Part shown: positions 1-9,744 of the stretch, in pieces
Layout of the letters: every line of letters begins with the position of its first letter
Position numbering within the stretch: position 1 is the stretch's first letter
Program-made: the position numbers and the translations under genes
From: an uncultured Eubacteriales bacterium
GTDB lineage: Bacteria > Bacillota > Sulfobacillia > DYIH01 > JBBIPI01
Direction: 5' to 3'
NCBI GenBank assembly: GCA_964467515.1
Contig: CAYXQP010000002.1
Location: 1,275-65,274, forward strand
DNA length: 64,000 nucleotides
The notes under the pieces: model-generated
What the model saw: the letters and a program-made list of their open reading frames with translations, nothing else
The model's database searches: none
What the model was told of the DNA's origin: nothing

Positions 1-1
1 G

Positions 2-772
2 AGGGACGGCGCCGTGGTGCGCGGGCGGGCCGAGGCGGAGAAGCGGACGGTGACGGGGGTTCTCAAGGAGGTGCGGTACGGCGACCCGACGGTGCTGGTC
101 CTGGACCTGGGCGAGGGCACGCGCTGGGCGGCCCAGGACGAGAAGCGCCTGGAGTCGGCCTACAGCCTGGCGGGGACGGCCCGCCTGCGCCGGGAGGGGC
201 TGGACGTGGGCGTGACCGCCCTGCGCCCGGGAGACGCAGTGGAGGCGGACCTGGAGGGCGACACCGTGGTGGCGCTCCGGGCAACCCTGCGGACGGCGGG
301 GGTGAGCGGCACCCTGGTGAGCATCACCATCGCCCAGCCCTCCACCCTCACGGTCCGACTGCTCACCGGGCAGGAAGCCGTCTACCGGGTGAGCCGGGAC
401 GTGGATGTGCGCGTGGGCGGGGCGCAGGTTTCGCTCTTCACCCTCAAGCCGGGGATGCAGGTGGAGCTGAGCGTGACGGCGGGGGGCGAGGTGGCCGCCG
501 TCCGGGCCACGGAGGGTGGCCTGCGGGACGACCTGCGGGGGACCGTCCGCTTCGTGGACGCGCGGGAGAACCGGGCCGTCCTGGAGCTGGCGGACGGGAA
601 CCTGCGCCAGCTGCGGCCGGCGCCGGGCTTCCTCGTGTACCGCGACGGGCAGTTGCGGGAACGGGTGACGGCCCTGCGGGCGGGGGACGTGGTCATAGCG
701 GTGGGCCGGGACGTGCCGGGCGAGCCCTTCCAGGCCGAGATCGCGGTGGTCCTGGGCAGCGCGGCCCGGTGA
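2..772 (+). CDS. Hypothetical repeat-domain protein, 5' partial (frame stays open to the window edge). It carries about four tandem ~60-aa Gly/Val/Asp-rich beta-like repeats.
   Basis: Open frame from base 2. Internal repeats end in ...A.GD.V... The stop overlaps the start of the next gene (GTGA). Confidence 0.5.
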   Translation, partial: RDGAVVRGRAEAEKRTVTGVLKEVRYGDPTVLVLDLGEGTRWAAQDEKRLESAYSLAGTARLRREGLDVGVTALRPGDAVEADLEGDTVVALRATLRTAGVSGTLVSITIAQPSTLTVRLLTGQEAVYRVSRDVDVRVGGAQVSLFTLKPGMQVELSVTAGGEVAAVRATEGGLRDDLRGTVRFVDARENRAVLELADGNLRQLRPAPGFLVYRDGQLRERVTALRAGDVVIAVGRDVPGEPFQAEIAVVLGSAAR

Positions 773-2391
773 GCGTCGGCGCCTCGGCCCGGCGGGCCTT
801 CGCGCCCGCTGCCGCGGGCGGCGCGCCGGTCAAAGGGGGAACGCACTTGGCAGGCGACGGGGCAGGATACGGAGCGGGTCGGCGACGCCTGGCGGGGTTC
901 CTGGCGGTGTTCCTTTTGGTCTTGGCGGTGGCGCTGACCTGGATGGCCGGCGGCGCGGCGGCCCAGGAGGCGCCGCCCCCGGCCGGGCAGGAGGGGCAGG
1001 GCGGCGCCGGGGCGGGGCAGGATTCCCAGGGCGGGCAGGGGGCGGACGGGGCTTCCCTCCACCCGCTGCCGGAGATCATGGATCTCATCCGGAGCGTCCA
1101 CCCCAACGCGCCGAACCGGGAGGATCTCATCAAGGCCGCCGTCAAGGGGATGCTGGAGTCCCTGGGCGATCCCTACTCCTACTATCTGGACCCGGAGGAG
1201 TACCGCGGCTTCAGCCAGGAGATAAGGGGCTTCTTCGGCGGTGTCGGCGTGGTGGTGGAGAGCCGGGAGGGTGTCGTCACGGTGGTCAGCGTGCTGCCGG
1301 GGACGCCCGCCGACCGGGAGGGGTTCGAGCCGGGCGACCAGGTGGTGGCCGTGGACGGGAGGAGCATCGAGGGCTTGGACGTCAACCAGGCGGTGCGCCT
1401 CATCCGGGGCGATCCCGGCACCAAGGTGCGGCTCAGGGTGCGCCGGCAGGGGCGCACCTTCGATAAGGAGCTGACGCGGGCCGTCATCGAGGTTCCGGCC
1501 GTGGACACGCGCTACCTGGACGAGGCCCGCGTGGGCTACGTCAAGGTGACCGAGTTCAGCGCCGGGGTGGGCGACCAGGTGGCGTACATCTACAGGCGGT
1601 ACAGTGCCATGCGCGTGCGCGGCGTCATCCTGGACCTGCGCAACAACCCCGGCGGGCTGCTGGAGGAGGCCGTGACTCTGGCGGACGCCCTGGTGCCGCG
1701 GGGCAACCTGGTCCAGGTGGTGGACAGCCGGGGCGGCAAGATGACGGTGCCGGCGACGGGGCACGCGCCCGGCCCCTTCCTGGTGGTGCTGGTGAACGGC
1801 GGCAGCGCCAGCGCGGCGGAGGTGGTGGCGGGCGCCGTCCAGGACACAGGGGCCGGGGTGCTGGTGGGCACCAAGACTTTCGGCAAGGCGTCGGTCCAGG
1901 ACCTCATCCCGCTCCCCAACGGCGGGGCCGTGCGCCTCACGGTGGCCAGGTACCTGACGCCCGCCGGCCGGCTCATAGACGGCAGAGGGCTCGTGCCGGA
2001 CGTGGCGGTGGAGGAGGCGGACCCCCACTATCAGCCGCCCCCCTTCGCCGCCCTGGGCAAGCGGAGCCTGCGCCCCGGCCTGGTGGGCCTCGACGTGCTG
2101 GGGCTCCAGCAACGGCTCCGTTACCTCGGCTATGACCCGGGGCCGGACGACGGTGTGTACGGGGCGCGGACGCGCCGGGCCGTCGTGGCCTTCCAGCGCG
2201 CGCAGGGAATCCGGGAGCGCGACGCGGGGTCTCGCACCCTGGCCGCCCTGGAAAGGGCGGTGCAGCGCCGCGTCGAGGCGCGCCGCAAGGACGGGGGGGA
2301 CCGCGTCTTCCAGCGGGCCCTGGCCCTCATAGCGGAGCGGGCGCGCGTCGGCGCCGCCGGGGCGACGGCCGCCGCTGGCGGTGGGCGGTGA
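769..2391 (+). CDS. S41-family carboxyl-terminal processing peptidase (CtpA-like) with an N-terminal signal anchor, a PDZ domain and a C-terminal peptidoglycan-binding domain
   Basis: Motifs LDLRNNPGG and [12 protein letters not shown] segment near the N-terminus. C-terminal PG_binding_1-like [31 protein letters not shown]. Confidence 0.8.
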   Translation: MSVGASARRAFAPAAAGGAPVKGGTHLAGDGAGYGAGRRRLAGFLAVFLLVLAVALTWMAGGAAAQEAPPPAGQEGQGGAGAGQDSQGGQGADGASLHPLPEIMDLIRSVHPNAPNREDLIKAAVKGMLESLGDPYSYYLDPEEYRGFSQEIRGFFGGVGVVVESREGVVTVVSVLPGTPADREGFEPGDQVVAVDGRSIEGLDVNQAVRLIRGDPGTKVRLRVRRQGRTFDKELTRAVIEVPAVDTRYLDEARVGYVKVTEFSAGVGDQVAYIYRRYSAMRVRGVILDLRNNPGGLLEEAVTLADALVPRGNLVQVVDSRGGKMTVPATGHAPGPFLVVLVNGGSASAAEVVAGAVQDTGAGVLVGTKTFGKASVQDLIPLPNGGAVRLTVARYLTPAGRLIDGRGLVPDVAVEEADPHYQPPPFAALGKRSLRPGLVGLDVLGLQQRLRYLGYDPGPDDGVYGARTRRAVVAFQRAQGIRERDAGSRTLAALERAVQRRVEARRKDGGDRVFQRALALIAERARVGAAGATAAAGGGR

Positions 2392-2416
2392 CGGTGGGCG
2401 GCGGGTCAACGAGGGG

Positions 2417-2962
2417 ATGGCGCCCCGCCGTGGGTGGCGAGCGGTGACCGTTGACGCCGCGGGCGCCGTCGCCCTGCTGCGGGCGGCCCGCGCGGCGGCG
2501 GCTGCCGCCCACTGCCCCTACTCGGGGCTGGCCGTGGGCGCGGCCGTGCTGGCGGACAACGGGCGCGTCTTCGCGGGGTGCAACGTGGAGAACGCCTCCT
2601 ACGGCCTCACCCTTTGCGCCGAGCGGGTCGCCGTGGCGGCGGCGGTGACCTCGGGGGCGCGCCGCCTCGTGGCGGCGGCTGTCTGGTCCGCGGCGGGCGC
2701 CATCGTGCCCTGCGGCGCCTGCCGGCAGGTCCTGGCCGAGTTCGCGCCTCGCCCCCCCGCCGTTGGCGCCCTCGGCGACGGTGCCGCTGCGGCGCCGGGC
2801 GGCGAGGATCCGGGGGCGGGGCTCAGCGTGGTGCTGGGCGATCCCGACGGATGGGTCGAGGTCCTGTCTCTCTGGGACCTCTTGCCGCGTCCCTTCCTGC
2901 CGCGGGCCGGCGAGAACCCTGCGCACTCGGGCGGGCCGGCGCCGCGGGGGACCGGGTGGTGA
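2417..2962 (+). CDS. cdd: Cytidine deaminase
   Basis: Zinc ligand motifs CAER and PCGACRQ. Confidence 0.8.
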   Translation: MAPRRGWRAVTVDAAGAVALLRAARAAAAAAHCPYSGLAVGAAVLADNGRVFAGCNVENASYGLTLCAERVAVAAAVTSGARRLVAAAVWSAAGAIVPCGACRQVLAEFAPRPPAVGALGDGAAAAPGGEDPGAGLSVVLGDPDGWVEVLSLWDLLPRPFLPRAGENPAHSGGPAPRGTGW

Positions 2963-2968
2963 GCCGCG

Positions 2969-4297
2969 TTGGGCGCCGGTCCTGCCGGGTTCTCCGTACC
3001 GGATCTGATCAGGAAGAAACGGGACGGCGGCCGCCTCGGACGGGATGAGCTGGCGGCCCTCGTTCAGGGCTTCGTGGCGGGTCGGATCCCCGACTACCAG
3101 GTGAGCGCCCTCCTCATGGCCATCTACTTCCGGGGCTTGGACGCCGAGGAGACAGCTTGGCTCACCGAGGCCATGGTGGCGTCGGGGCGCCGCCTGGACC
3201 TGGCGGCGGTGGGGCGGACCGTGGCCGACAAGCACTCCACGGGGGGTGTGGGGGACAAGACGACCCTGGTGCTGGCGCCGCTGCTGGCCGCCTGCGACCT
3301 GCCGGTGGCCAAGCTGTCGGGGCGGGGGCTGGGCCACACGGGAGGGACCTTGGACAAGCTGGAGTCCATCCCCGGCTTCCACGTGGACCTGGAGCCGGAG
3401 CGTTTCGTGGCCCAGGTGCGGGAGGTGGGCGTGGCCATAGCGGGCCAGACGGCCGACCTGGTGCCGGCGGACGGCCTCCTGTACGCCCTCCGCGACGTGA
3501 CGGCCACCGTGGATTCCATACCCCTCATCGCCGCCAGTGTCATGTCCAAGAAGATCGCCGGCGGCGCCGGCGTCGTGGCCCTGGACGTCAAGGTGGGGCG
3601 GGGCGCCTTCGTGCGGGAGGAGGCGCAGGCGCGCGAGCTGGCCCGCGCCATGCTGGCCCTGGGGCGGGCGACCGGGTTGCGGGTGGCGGCCGTCCTGTCG
3701 GACATGGACCGGCCGCTGGGCCGCGCCGTGGGCAACGCTCTGGAGGTGCGGGAGGCCGTGGCCGCCCTGCGCGGTGATGGTCCCCCCGACCTGGTCGAGC
3801 TCAGCCTCACCCTGGGGAGCCTCCTGCTGGTCATGGCGGGCGCCGCGCGGGACGCGGACGAAGCGCGGCGGTCCCTGGAGAGGGCCCTGGCGACGGGCGA
3901 GGCGGCGGAGCGCTTCGCTCGCCTCGTGGCGGCCCAGGGAGGGAATCCGGCCGTGGTCGAGAACCTGGACCTGCTCCCGGCGGCGCCGTGGGTGGCGACG
4001 GTGCCGGCGCCGCGCGGCGGCTGGGTGGCCGGCGTTGACGCCCTGGCGGTGGGGCGGGCGGCGGCGGCGCTGGGGGCGGGCAGGCGGATGAAGGGCGAGC
4101 CCGTGGACCCGGCCGCCGGTGTGGTGGTGGCCGCCGCCGTCGGCGAGCGGGTGGAGGCGGGCCAGCCTCTGGCCCGTGTCCACGGGCGGGACCGGGCCGC
4201 TGCGGAAGCTGTGGCGGCGGGGCTGGGTACCGCCTGGACTATCAGCAGTGAACGGGCGTTCCCGCCGCCCGTCGTGCGCGAAGTCATTCAAAATTGA
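2969..4297 (+). CDS. pdp: Pyrimidine-nucleoside (thymidine) phosphorylase
   Basis: HSTGGVGDK and SGRGLGHTGGTLDKLESIPG motifs. Length fits. Confidence 0.9.
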   Translation: MGAGPAGFSVPDLIRKKRDGGRLGRDELAALVQGFVAGRIPDYQVSALLMAIYFRGLDAEETAWLTEAMVASGRRLDLAAVGRTVADKHSTGGVGDKTTLVLAPLLAACDLPVAKLSGRGLGHTGGTLDKLESIPGFHVDLEPERFVAQVREVGVAIAGQTADLVPADGLLYALRDVTATVDSIPLIAASVMSKKIAGGAGVVALDVKVGRGAFVREEAQARELARAMLALGRATGLRVAAVLSDMDRPLGRAVGNALEVREAVAALRGDGPPDLVELSLTLGSLLLVMAGAARDADEARRSLERALATGEAAERFARLVAAQGGNPAVVENLDLLPAAPWVATVPAPRGGWVAGVDALAVGRAAAALGAGRRMKGEPVDPAAGVVVAAAVGERVEAGQPLARVHGRDRAAAEAVAAGLGTAWTISSERAFPPPVVREVIQN

Positions 4298-4370
4298 GAT
4301 AACGAAAGAAGGAAAATGGCCACGCACGGCGAATAGCCATTAACCTGGAATCTTCGGGGAGGGAAGCGGC

Positions 4371-4868
4371 ATGGTGGACCTGGACAAGACAGAGCGCGAG
4401 ATCATCCAGCTCCTGCAACAGGACGGGCGCATGTCCTTCGTGGACCTGGCCAAGGCGGTGGGGGTCACGGAGGGGACCATCCGCCGCAAGTTCAACCGGC
4501 TGGTCGGGGAGGGCATCATCCGGATCGCCGCCGTGGCGGATCCCTTCGCCGTGGGCTTCGAGAGCCCTGCCGTCATAAGCCTCAAGGTGGAGCCGGCCGC
4601 CCTGGACGAGGTCATCGCCCGGGTGGTGGAGCTGCCAGAGATCAGGTACGTGGCCCTCTGCACGGGGGAGTACGACTTGGTTTGCGAGGGATACTTCGCC
4701 TCCAACCAGGACCTCTCGCGCTTCCTCGTGGAGAGGCTGGCCAAGATCGAGGGCATACGGGACATCTCCACGTCTCTCATCCTCCGCGTGGCCAAACAGA
4801 GTTTCACGTGGGGCGTCGCCGGCCACGGCCGCCCCGAGCGCCGCCGTGCCCTGGCCCAAAACGAGTGA
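4371..4868 (+). CDS. Lrp/AsnC-family transcriptional regulator
   Basis: N-terminal HTH (REIIQLLQQDGRMSFVDLAKAVGVTEGTIRRK) followed by a RAM domain. Confidence 0.85.
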   Translation: MVDLDKTEREIIQLLQQDGRMSFVDLAKAVGVTEGTIRRKFNRLVGEGIIRIAAVADPFAVGFESPAVISLKVEPAALDEVIARVVELPEIRYVALCTGEYDLVCEGYFASNQDLSRFLVERLAKIEGIRDISTSLILRVAKQSFTWGVAGHGRPERRRALAQNE

Positions 4869-4917
4869 TCGCCCGTGAGCCGCCGCGGGCGGCCGCCGTC
4901 CGCCGCGGGGGATGTTT

Positions 4918-4975
4918 TTGCAATCCCGGTACCCCGCCACGTATAATGACCGGGGAAAGGTCAAAGATAGTCAAA
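4918..4975 (+). promoter_or_regulatory. SigA-type promoter (TTGCAA, 18 nt, TATAAT at 4942-4947) overlapped by a CtsR operator (GGTCAAAgatAGTCAAA at 4959-4975)
   Basis: Exact match to the CtsR heptad direct-repeat consensus (A/G)GTCAAAnan(A/G)GTCAAA, immediately downstream of the -10 and upstream of ctsR. Confidence 0.8.
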
Positions 4976-4998
4976 GACCGGGAGCGGGGGGCCTGCCT

Positions 4999-5514
4999 GT
5001 GCAGTCGCTGGCCGACGCCATCACCTTCTATCTGCTAGAGCGGATGGGGGAGGCCGACGTGCTCGAGGTGCAGCGGAGCGAGCTTTCGGCTCGCTTCGGC
5101 TGCTCCCCCTCCCAGGTGACCTACGTCCTGGCCACCCGCTTCCGGCCGGCCGCCGGCTACGTGGTGGAGAGCAGGCGGGGCGGCGCCGGGTTCATCCGCA
5201 TCGTGCGCCTGCGCTGGCAGTCCCTGCCGCGGCTGGTGGAATGGGTGGAGAGGCAGATAGGTAACAGTATTGACCAGCGCCAGGCGGAGGTGCTCCTGGC
5301 CAGGCTGGGCGATGAGGGCTGGCTCAGCGAGCGGGAGGGACGTCTGCTGCGGGCCGTGATGGACCGGCGGGTGCTGGCCCTGCCCCTGCCGGAGCGGGAT
5401 CGCCTGCGGGCGCGCCTCCTGCGGGCCGCCCTCTGGAGTGTGCTGGGGCTGCCCGGCAGCCGGGAGGTGGCCGGTGGGGACGGCGGCCGGCCGCGCCCAG
5501 GGGAGGCAAGGTAG
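4999..5514 (+). CDS. ctsR: Class III stress gene repressor CtsR
   Basis: Conserved ...RSELSARFGCSPSQVTYVLATRF...GYVVESRRGGAGFIRI. GTG start with a GGGAG Shine-Dalgarno. Own operator upstream. Confidence 0.9.
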   Translation: MQSLADAITFYLLERMGEADVLEVQRSELSARFGCSPSQVTYVLATRFRPAAGYVVESRRGGAGFIRIVRLRWQSLPRLVEWVERQIGNSIDQRQAEVLLARLGDEGWLSEREGRLLRAVMDRRVLALPLPERDRLRARLLRAALWSVLGLPGSREVAGGDGGRPRPGEAR

Positions 5515-5515
5515 T

Positions 5516-6025
5516 ATGCTCTGCGAGAGGTGCGGGAGCCAGCCGGCCACGGTCCACCTCACCAGCATAGTCAATGGTGAGCGGACGGACCTGCACCTGT
5601 GCGGCGAGTGCGCCGGGGAGCAGGGTCTGGCGGGGCCGGCGGGGGCCATCCCCTTTCACCATCTCCTGGGGCAGTTGCTGCAGGGGGAGCTGGCCGGCAA
5701 GCAGGCGCGGCCTCGCCTGCGCTGCCAGGGATGCGGGCTCACCTTCGAGCGGTTCACGCGCACCGGTTTCCTCGGCTGCGCCCGCTGCTACGAGGCCTTC
5801 GAGTCGCAGCTGGAGCCCATCCTGAGGCGGTTGCACGGCCAGACGCACCACGCCGGCAAGGTGGCGCGGGGCAAGGGCGGCCAGCGGCTGCTGCGGGAAC
5901 AGATAGGCCAGTTGCGACAGCGGTTGCAGGAGGCCGTGGCGGCCGAGGAGTACGAGCGGGCGGCGGAGCTGCGGGACCAGCTCCAGGAGCTGGTGCGGCA
6001 GCTCGGCGGGGAGGCGGGCGGCTGA
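5516..6025 (+). CDS. mcsA: McsA, activator of protein-arginine kinase (zinc-finger/UVR domain)
   Basis: CERCG...CGEC...CQGCG...CARC zinc fingers and a C-terminal UVR motif EEYERAAELRDQLQEL. ATG sits 1 nt after the ctsR stop. Confidence 0.85.
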   Translation: MLCERCGSQPATVHLTSIVNGERTDLHLCGECAGEQGLAGPAGAIPFHHLLGQLLQGELAGKQARPRLRCQGCGLTFERFTRTGFLGCARCYEAFESQLEPILRRLHGQTHHAGKVARGKGGQRLLREQIGQLRQRLQEAVAAEEYERAAELRDQLQELVRQLGGEAGG

Positions 6026-7089
6026 TGTCCCTCGGGGAGGTCCTGCTCAACCGAGGCACCAGATGGCTCACGGGCGGGGGCGACGTGGCCGTCTCGGCCC
6101 GGGTGCGCCTGGCCCGCAATCTGTCCGACCTGGCCTTTCCGCCCCGCATGGGCGGGGAGGACCTGGAGAGGCTCATATCCCGCGTCGAGGCGGCCCTGCC
6201 GGCCGTGCGCCGGTCGGTGGGCGACCTGGAGCTGTACCGCCTGGAGTCGCTCAACCCCTTGCAGCGCCAGGCCCTTCAGGAAAAGCACCTGGTCAGCCCC
6301 GCCTTTGCGGCGGCGGGGAGGGGGGCTCTCCTTCTGCGGCCGGACGAGAGCCTGGGCGCCATGGTTCCCGAGGAGGATCACCTGCGCCTGCAGGGCATGG
6401 CTCCCGGCCTCCACCTGGAGGAGGCCTGGCGGGCCGTCTCCTCCCTGGACGACGTCCTGGGCGAGCACCTGGACTACGCCTTCTCGCCCCGGTGGGGATT
6501 CCTCACCGCGTGCCCCAGCAACACGGGGACGGGGCTCCGGGCCTCGGTCATGCTGCACCTGCCGGCCCTGGTGATGACGAGGCAGGCGGGCTCCCTCTTC
6601 GAGGCCCTGGCCAAGGTGGGGGTGGCGGTGAGGGGACTATACGGGGAGGGGAGCGAGGCCCACGGCAACCTCTTTCAGATCTCCAACCAGGTCACCCTGG
6701 GGGTCTCCGAGGAGGAGGTCCTTCAGAGCCTGCACGGCATCTGCCAGCAGGTGGTGGACCGGGAGCGGGCCGCGCGGGAACGGCTGCGCCGCGAGGCGGG
6801 TCCGCGCCTGGAGGACCGCGTCTGGCGGGCCTACGGGGTGCTGACGACGGCCCGCGTCATGACCTCGCGGGAGGCCCTGGCCCTGGTGAGCGACCTGCGG
6901 CTGGGGGTGGACCTGGGGCTCGTTCCCCACGTTGAGGCGCGGGCGTGCGGCGAGCTGTGGCTGGCCGCCAGCCCGGCCCTCCTGCAGGTGGCCGAGGGGC
7001 GGGTCTTGAGCCCGGAGGAGAGGGACGTGGTGCGGGCGAACATGATAAGGCGGCGGCTGTCCGAGGCGGGCGGCGCGCCGGCGGGCTGA
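6025..7089 (+). CDS. mcsB: Protein-arginine kinase McsB
   Basis: ATP:guanido phosphotransferase motifs (CPSNTGTGLRASV...). ATGA overlap with mcsA. Confidence 0.9.
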   Translation: MSLGEVLLNRGTRWLTGGGDVAVSARVRLARNLSDLAFPPRMGGEDLERLISRVEAALPAVRRSVGDLELYRLESLNPLQRQALQEKHLVSPAFAAAGRGALLLRPDESLGAMVPEEDHLRLQGMAPGLHLEEAWRAVSSLDDVLGEHLDYAFSPRWGFLTACPSNTGTGLRASVMLHLPALVMTRQAGSLFEALAKVGVAVRGLYGEGSEAHGNLFQISNQVTLGVSEEEVLQSLHGICQQVVDRERAARERLRREAGPRLEDRVWRAYGVLTTARVMTSREALALVSDLRLGVDLGLVPHVEARACGELWLAASPALLQVAEGRVLSPEERDVVRANMIRRRLSEAGGAPAG

Positions 7090-7212
7090 GCGCCGGCTTC
7101 CCGGGGGGGCACCCCCCGCGGCTTTGTCCCCGCCGGCCACGAGTGCTAGGTTGATGGTGCGGGCCCCGCGCGCGATAAGAGTCCCGCGGGAGCGCGAGAG
7201 GAGGCGGAAGCC

Positions 7213-9696
7213 ATGTTCGGGCGTTACTCGGAGCGAGCCCAGCGGGTGATCCTCCTGGCCCAGGAGGAGGCCCGACGGCTCGGTTACAACTACGTCGGCA
7301 CCGAGCACCTGCTTCTGGGCCTGATCCGGGAGGGGACCGGCATCGCGGCCAAGGCCCTCCAGAATCTCGGCATAGACCTGGACCAGGTCCGGCACGAGGT
7401 GGAGAAGATCATAGGGCGCGGCAGCGGTCCCGTGGGGGGCGACATCGGCTACACGCCCCGTGCCAAGAAGGTGGTCATGGAGCTGGCCATCGAGGAGGCG
7501 CGGCACCTGGGCCACAACTACGTGGGCACCGAGCACATCCTCCTCGGGCTCATCCGCGAGGGGGAGGGCGTGGCCGCCCGCGTCCTCGAGAACATGGGCG
7601 CCGACCTGGAGAAGGTGCGCCGCGAGGTCATGCGGCTCTTGGGCGGGACCGCGCCCCAGCCGGCGCCGGTGCGGCATCGCCGGACGCGGTCCAACACGCC
7701 CGTGCTGGACAACTTCGGCCGCGACCTGACGGCGCTGGCCGAGGAGGGGAAGCTGGACCCGGTCATCGGCCGCGAAGGGGAAATCGAGCGCGTCATCCAG
7801 ATCCTGAGCCGGCGCACCAAGAACAACCCGGTCCTCATCGGGGAGCCGGGCGTGGGCAAGACGGCCATCGTGGAGGGCCTGGCCCAGCGCATCGGCGACG
7901 GCACCGTGCCCGAGATCCTCAAGGACCGGCGCGTGGTGACCCTCGACCTGGGCGCCCTGGTGGCGGGCTCCAAGTACCGGGGCGAGTTCGAGGACCGGCT
8001 CAAGAAGGTGATGGACGAGATCCGCCGGGCGGGCAACATCATCCTCTTCATCGACGAGCTGCACACCATCATCGGCGCCGGCGCCGCCGAGGGGGCCATC
8101 GACGCCGCCAACATCCTCAAGCCGGCCCTGGCGCGGGGCGAGCTCCAGTGCATCGGTGCCACCACCCTGGACGAGTACCGCAAGTACGTGGAGAAGGACG
8201 CGGCCCTGGAGCGGCGGTTCCAGCCGGTGATGGTGGACGAGCCGACGGTGGACGAGGCGCTGGCCATCCTGCGCGGCCTGCGCGACCGCTACGAGGCGCA
8301 CCACCGCGTCGTCATCACCGACGAAGCCCTGGAGGCCGCGGTGCGGCTGGCCGACCGCTACGTCAGCGACCGCTTCCTCCCCGACAAGGCCATCGACCTC
8401 ATGGACGAGGCGGCGTCGCGGGTGCGCCTGCGGGCCTTCGTGACGCCCCCGGAGATGAAGGAGATCGAGGCCCGTCTCGAGGAGGTCCGCAAGGAGAAGG
8501 AGGCCGCCGTCCAGAGCCAGGAGTTCGAGAAGGCGGCCAACCTGCGCGACCAGGAGCAGCGGCTGATGGAGGACCTGGAGCGGCGCAAGGAGCAGTGGCA
8601 GCAGGCCCAGATGACGGAGCGGCTCACCGTCACGGCCGAGGACATCGCCGAGATCGTGTCGAGCTGGACGGGCATCCCGGCCCGGCGTCTGGCCCAGGAG
8701 GAGTCGGAGCGGCTCCTGCAGCTGGAGGAGGAGCTGCACAAGCGGGTGGTGGGCCAGGAGGAGGCCGTGGAGGCCGTGGCCAAGGCCATCCGCCGCGCCC
8801 GGGCCGGGCTCAAGGACCCTCGCCGTCCCATCGGCAGCTTCGTCTTCCTGGGGCCGACGGGCGTGGGGAAGACGGAACTGGCCAAGGCCCTGGCCGAGGC
8901 TCTCTTCGGCGACGAGGACGCCATGGTGAGCATCGACATGTCCGAGTACATGGAGCGGCACACCGTGTCGCGGCTGGTGGGCGCCCCGCCCGGCTACGTG
9001 GGCTACGAGGAGGGGGGGCAGCTCACCGAGGCGGTGCGGCGCCGTCCCTACTCGGTGGTGCTCCTGGACGAGATCGAGAAGGCGCACCCGGAGGTCTTCA
9101 ACGTCCTCCTGCAGATCCTGGAGGAGGGCCGCCTGACGGAGGCGAAGGGGCGCACGGTGGACTTCCGCAACACGGTGGTCATCATGACCTCCAACGTGGG
9201 CGCCGAGATGATCAAGAAGCGGGGCCGCCTCGGCTTCCAGGTGCAGCAGGACGAGGAGGGCGACTACCGCTCGATGCGGGACCGGCTCATGGACGAGGTG
9301 CGCAAGGCCTTTCGGCCCGAGTTCCTGAACCGCATCGACGAGATCATCGTCTTCCACAGCCTGACGCGGGAGAACCTGCGCCAGATCGTGGACCTGATGC
9401 TGCAGCGGGTGGCCAAGCGCGTGGAGGAGCACGGACTCAAACTGGAGGTCAGCGAGCGGGCCAAGGAGATCCTGGTGGACGAGGGGTACAACCCCGAGTT
9501 CGGCGCGCGGCCCCTGCGCCGGGCTATCACCCGTCTGGTGGAGGATCCCCTCTCGGAGGAGATGCTGAAGGGCGCCTTCGAGCGGGGCGACGAGGCCTAC
9601 GTGGACGCCAACGAGGAGGGCAAGCTGGTCTTCCAGCGCAAGGAGGCCCGCGCCGCCGAGCCGGAGCCCGAGCCGGAGCCGCACCCGGCCTCCTGA
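7213..9696 (+). CDS. clpC: ATP-dependent Clp protease ATP-binding subunit ClpC
   Basis: Two Clp_N repeats, two AAA+ modules ([16 protein letters not shown]) and a UVR linker. 827 aa. Confidence 0.95.
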   Translation: MFGRYSERAQRVILLAQEEARRLGYNYVGTEHLLLGLIREGTGIAAKALQNLGIDLDQVRHEVEKIIGRGSGPVGGDIGYTPRAKKVVMELAIEEARHLGHNYVGTEHILLGLIREGEGVAARVLENMGADLEKVRREVMRLLGGTAPQPAPVRHRRTRSNTPVLDNFGRDLTALAEEGKLDPVIGREGEIERVIQILSRRTKNNPVLIGEPGVGKTAIVEGLAQRIGDGTVPEILKDRRVVTLDLGALVAGSKYRGEFEDRLKKVMDEIRRAGNIILFIDELHTIIGAGAAEGAIDAANILKPALARGELQCIGATTLDEYRKYVEKDAALERRFQPVMVDEPTVDEALAILRGLRDRYEAHHRVVITDEALEAAVRLADRYVSDRFLPDKAIDLMDEAASRVRLRAFVTPPEMKEIEARLEEVRKEKEAAVQSQEFEKAANLRDQEQRLMEDLERRKEQWQQAQMTERLTVTAEDIAEIVSSWTGIPARRLAQEESERLLQLEEELHKRVVGQEEAVEAVAKAIRRARAGLKDPRRPIGSFVFLGPTGVGKTELAKALAEALFGDEDAMVSIDMSEYMERHTVSRLVGAPPGYVGYEEGGQLTEAVRRRPYSVVLLDEIEKAHPEVFNVLLQILEEGRLTEAKGRTVDFRNTVVIMTSNVGAEMIKKRGRLGFQVQQDEEGDYRSMRDRLMDEVRKAFRPEFLNRIDEIIVFHSLTRENLRQIVDLMLQRVAKRVEEHGLKLEVSERAKEILVDEGYNPEFGARPLRRAITRLVEDPLSEEMLKGAFERGDEAYVDANEEGKLVFQRKEARAAEPEPEPEPHPAS

Positions 9697-9744
9697 GACA
9701 GGGCAGACCAGGCAGCCTTATACTTCTCGCGGGGGCTGGGGCGG

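Noticed and set aside
382-2409. 675-aa minus-strand ORF, and similar ORFs at 2327-4327, 3124-4287 and 4284-4964
   Set aside because: They are antisense to recognisable conserved genes (ctpA-like, cdd, pdp, lrp). With ~70% GC, stop codons are rare in non-coding frames. The proteins are Arg/Pro/Gly-rich, low-complexity and have no motifs.
5599-6024. N-terminal 142 codons of the long ORF that contains mcsB
   Set aside because: It overlaps mcsA in another frame. McsB begins at the ATG at 6025 with the conserved N-terminus MSLGEVLLNRGTRWLTGGG.
6637-9684. 1015-aa minus-strand ORF
   Set aside because: It is antisense to clpC/mcsB, whose plus-strand products are unmistakable. The composition is low-complexity.
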